From assembly GCA_019057635.1 (NCBI GenBank), contig DXJL01000170.1, forward strand, positions 1 to 16,843: a stretch of 16,843 nucleotides of DNA, read 5' to 3'. The notes beneath the pieces were generated by a model. It did not search any database and was not told where the DNA came from. It saw only the letters and a program-made list of their open reading frames with translations. Of the stretch, positions 15,406 to 16,843 are shown piece by piece. Each line of letters begins with the position of its first letter. Position 1 is the stretch's first letter. A program made the position numbers and the translations under genes. Source of the DNA: Candidatus Heimdallarchaeota archaeon. GTDB lineage: Archaea > Asgardarchaeota > Heimdallarchaeia > Hodarchaeales > Hodarchaeaceae.

Positions 15406-16347
15406 ATGGAAAGACGAGTTTTCTTGGGTTATTTAGTAACAATTGCTGCAGGACTCTCGTTTGGATTCATCCCAATCATAGTTGCGCTACTTCGCGACCT
15501 AGACGTTTCTATCCTTGAGCAGACGTTTCTTAGATTATTCTTCGGGGGCATTACTGGATTTCTTGGTTTAATGGGATATATTAAATGGAAAAGAGAGAAA
15601 TTCAACCTCGCAATCAGAAAAGAGGTCCAAAAAACGTATATCTGGCAAGGACTAATTTTCACAGTTGCAATCATGGTGTACATTGGATCTATTATCCTCG
15701 ATACACCTGTTGGAGAAGCAGCTCTTCTTATTCAGGTTCATCCTCTCATAACACTAATTTTAGGTGCTCTCCTCTTAAACGAACTCGTAGATAGAAGAAA
15801 AATATACTCTCTGGTACTTGGATTTACGGGTTTAATTCTCCTTACTCGACCATGGGAAGGAGAGGAATTTTTCTCTTCATTTCTCGGAGACCTGTTAGCA
15901 ACTCTAAATGGGGTATTATACGCCATTTATCTCGTGATTGGTGCATCTAGTGTGAAAATTCGTGCAAAGATACCATCTTTTTTGTCTATATTCTGGGTAT
16001 TAGTCTGGGGATTTGTTTGGGGCATAATGATTATTGTTATTCTATATTTACTTCCTTTTAATTCCGAATTTTTATCCTTCAATCTACAAAGCCTAACTCT
16101 AACATCCGTACTAGTCTTAGGAGTGTTTTTAGCTATCCTAGGGAGTATCTTACCATATGGTTTAATCATGTTATCGAATAAATATGAGATTGAATCATCA
16201 ATCCAATCCATACTTCTCTTGGGAGAACCAATTGCAGCAGTAATTCTCGGTTATTTAGTTTTAACAGAACCAATTACGTCGTGGTATTTGTTCGGAGGGT
16301 TTTTTCTACTCCTTGCGATCATTAATATTCTTTCAACAGCAAACTAG
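15406..16347 (+). CDS. DMT-superfamily (EamA) transporter
   Basis: About 10 transmembrane segments in two EamA repeats: FLRLFFG, PVGEAALL..HPLIT..LGALLLNE, GDLLA and EPIAAVILGYLVLTE. Confidence 0.92.
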   Translation: MERRVFLGYLVTIAAGLSFGFIPIIVALLRDLDVSILEQTFLRLFFGGITGFLGLMGYIKWKREKFNLAIRKEVQKTYIWQGLIFTVAIMVYIGSIILDTPVGEAALLIQVHPLITLILGALLLNELVDRRKIYSLVLGFTGLILLTRPWEGEEFFSSFLGDLLATLNGVLYAIYLVIGASSVKIRAKIPSFLSIFWVLVWGFVWGIMIIVILYLLPFNSEFLSFNLQSLTLTSVLVLGVFLAILGSILPYGLIMLSNKYEIESSIQSILLLGEPIAAVILGYLVLTEPITSWYLFGGFFLLLAIINILSTAN

Positions 16348-16472
16348 CAAATGATTAACATTAGTGCAATTTAAGACGGTTTACACGCGTATGCATAAAA
16401 ATCAGGCATTAAAGTTATCATTTCAGATGAATTAGTTTTTTCCCTTCTGTTGTACCCGAACTTCAGGAATTC

Positions 16473-16843
16473 TTACACCCAGAAATGCTCGTATTTTTCC
16501 AATGTGGGCCGAAGTATCGCATTTTTACTCCACTGAATATCAAATTTCATTGGAGACCCCTGTGCTCGTTTTATAACTTTTCTTGTATACTTAGTGATTA
16601 AAGGATCAGTATTTAACTCTGTTAGGGGTATCCACCGTACATCAGACACCTCGTCATCGTCTTGAACAATTTTCTGACCCCCATTAACTAGTTGACATAC
16701 AAACACGCAGTAGAGGTCAGTTAAATGATCGCTGGTTCGTACCATACTTCGTAATCCAATTACTCCGTTAGGTCGAACTGAAATTCCTGTTTCTTCTAAT
16801 ATTTCCCTCACCACCGCCTCTTGGAGTGTTTCTCCAGGATCCA
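16473..16843 (-). CDS. NUDIX hydrolase, 5' end outside the window
   Basis: The frame stays open to the window end: DPGETLQEAVVREILEETGI, which is the Nudix box (Ex7REUxEExGU). The ORF-track start at 16814 is an artefact of truncation. Confidence 0.93.
   Translation of the reverse strand, partial: DPGETLQEAVVREILEETGISVRPNGVIGLRSMVRTSDHLTDLYCVFVCQLVNGGQKIVQDDDEVSDVRWIPLTELNTDPLITKYTRKVIKRAQGSPMKFDIQWSKNAILRPTLEKYEHFWV

Noticed and set aside
13110-16211. Short nested ORFs 13110-13376, 15429-15683, 15585-15794, 15738-15926 and 15927-16211
   Set aside because: Overlap the M50 and EamA genes; no motifs.
1-16843. CRISPR array, IS/integrase, prophage or classical defence island
   Set aside because: No regularly spaced repeats and no transposase, integrase, nuclease or phage genes recognised.

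Overview
AT-rich, densely coding archaeal chromosomal window. A Rab-like small GTPase with no prenylation motif, a DUF63 protein, an AN1 zinc finger next to an M50 protease, a Hef-like helicase and a candidate gelsolin-fold protein together suggest an Asgard archaeon, possibly Heimdallarchaeia (inference). Recognisable genes: partial LivK-type ABC substrate-binding protein (not in the ORF track), thioredoxin, type II DnaJ, Rab-like GTPase, metallophosphoesterase, DUF63, KaiC/RAD55-like protein, alpha/beta hydrolase, FAD oxidoreductase, HAD hydrolase, AN1-finger membrane protein, M50 protease, SF2 helicase, EamA transporter and a partial NUDIX hydrolase. No mobile element, CRISPR array, rRNA or canonical tRNA was seen. 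The top candidate for a new system lies upstream of the ABC binding-protein gene. It is a roughly 300-nt leader with mutually exclusive RNA stems that hide an AAGGAGG Shine-Dalgarno (SD) sequence in front of an unannotated 20-aa Leu/Val-rich peptide (MLYFLVVLVLLKFPNADHGY). This could be a branched-chain amino-acid attenuator or a type I toxin-like locus. Other highlights are the gelsolin-like/Rab-like GTPase operon, the AN1 and M50 genes separated by a single in-frame stop, and several catalytically degenerate enzymes. All family calls come from manual motif reading; no searches or folding computations were run.
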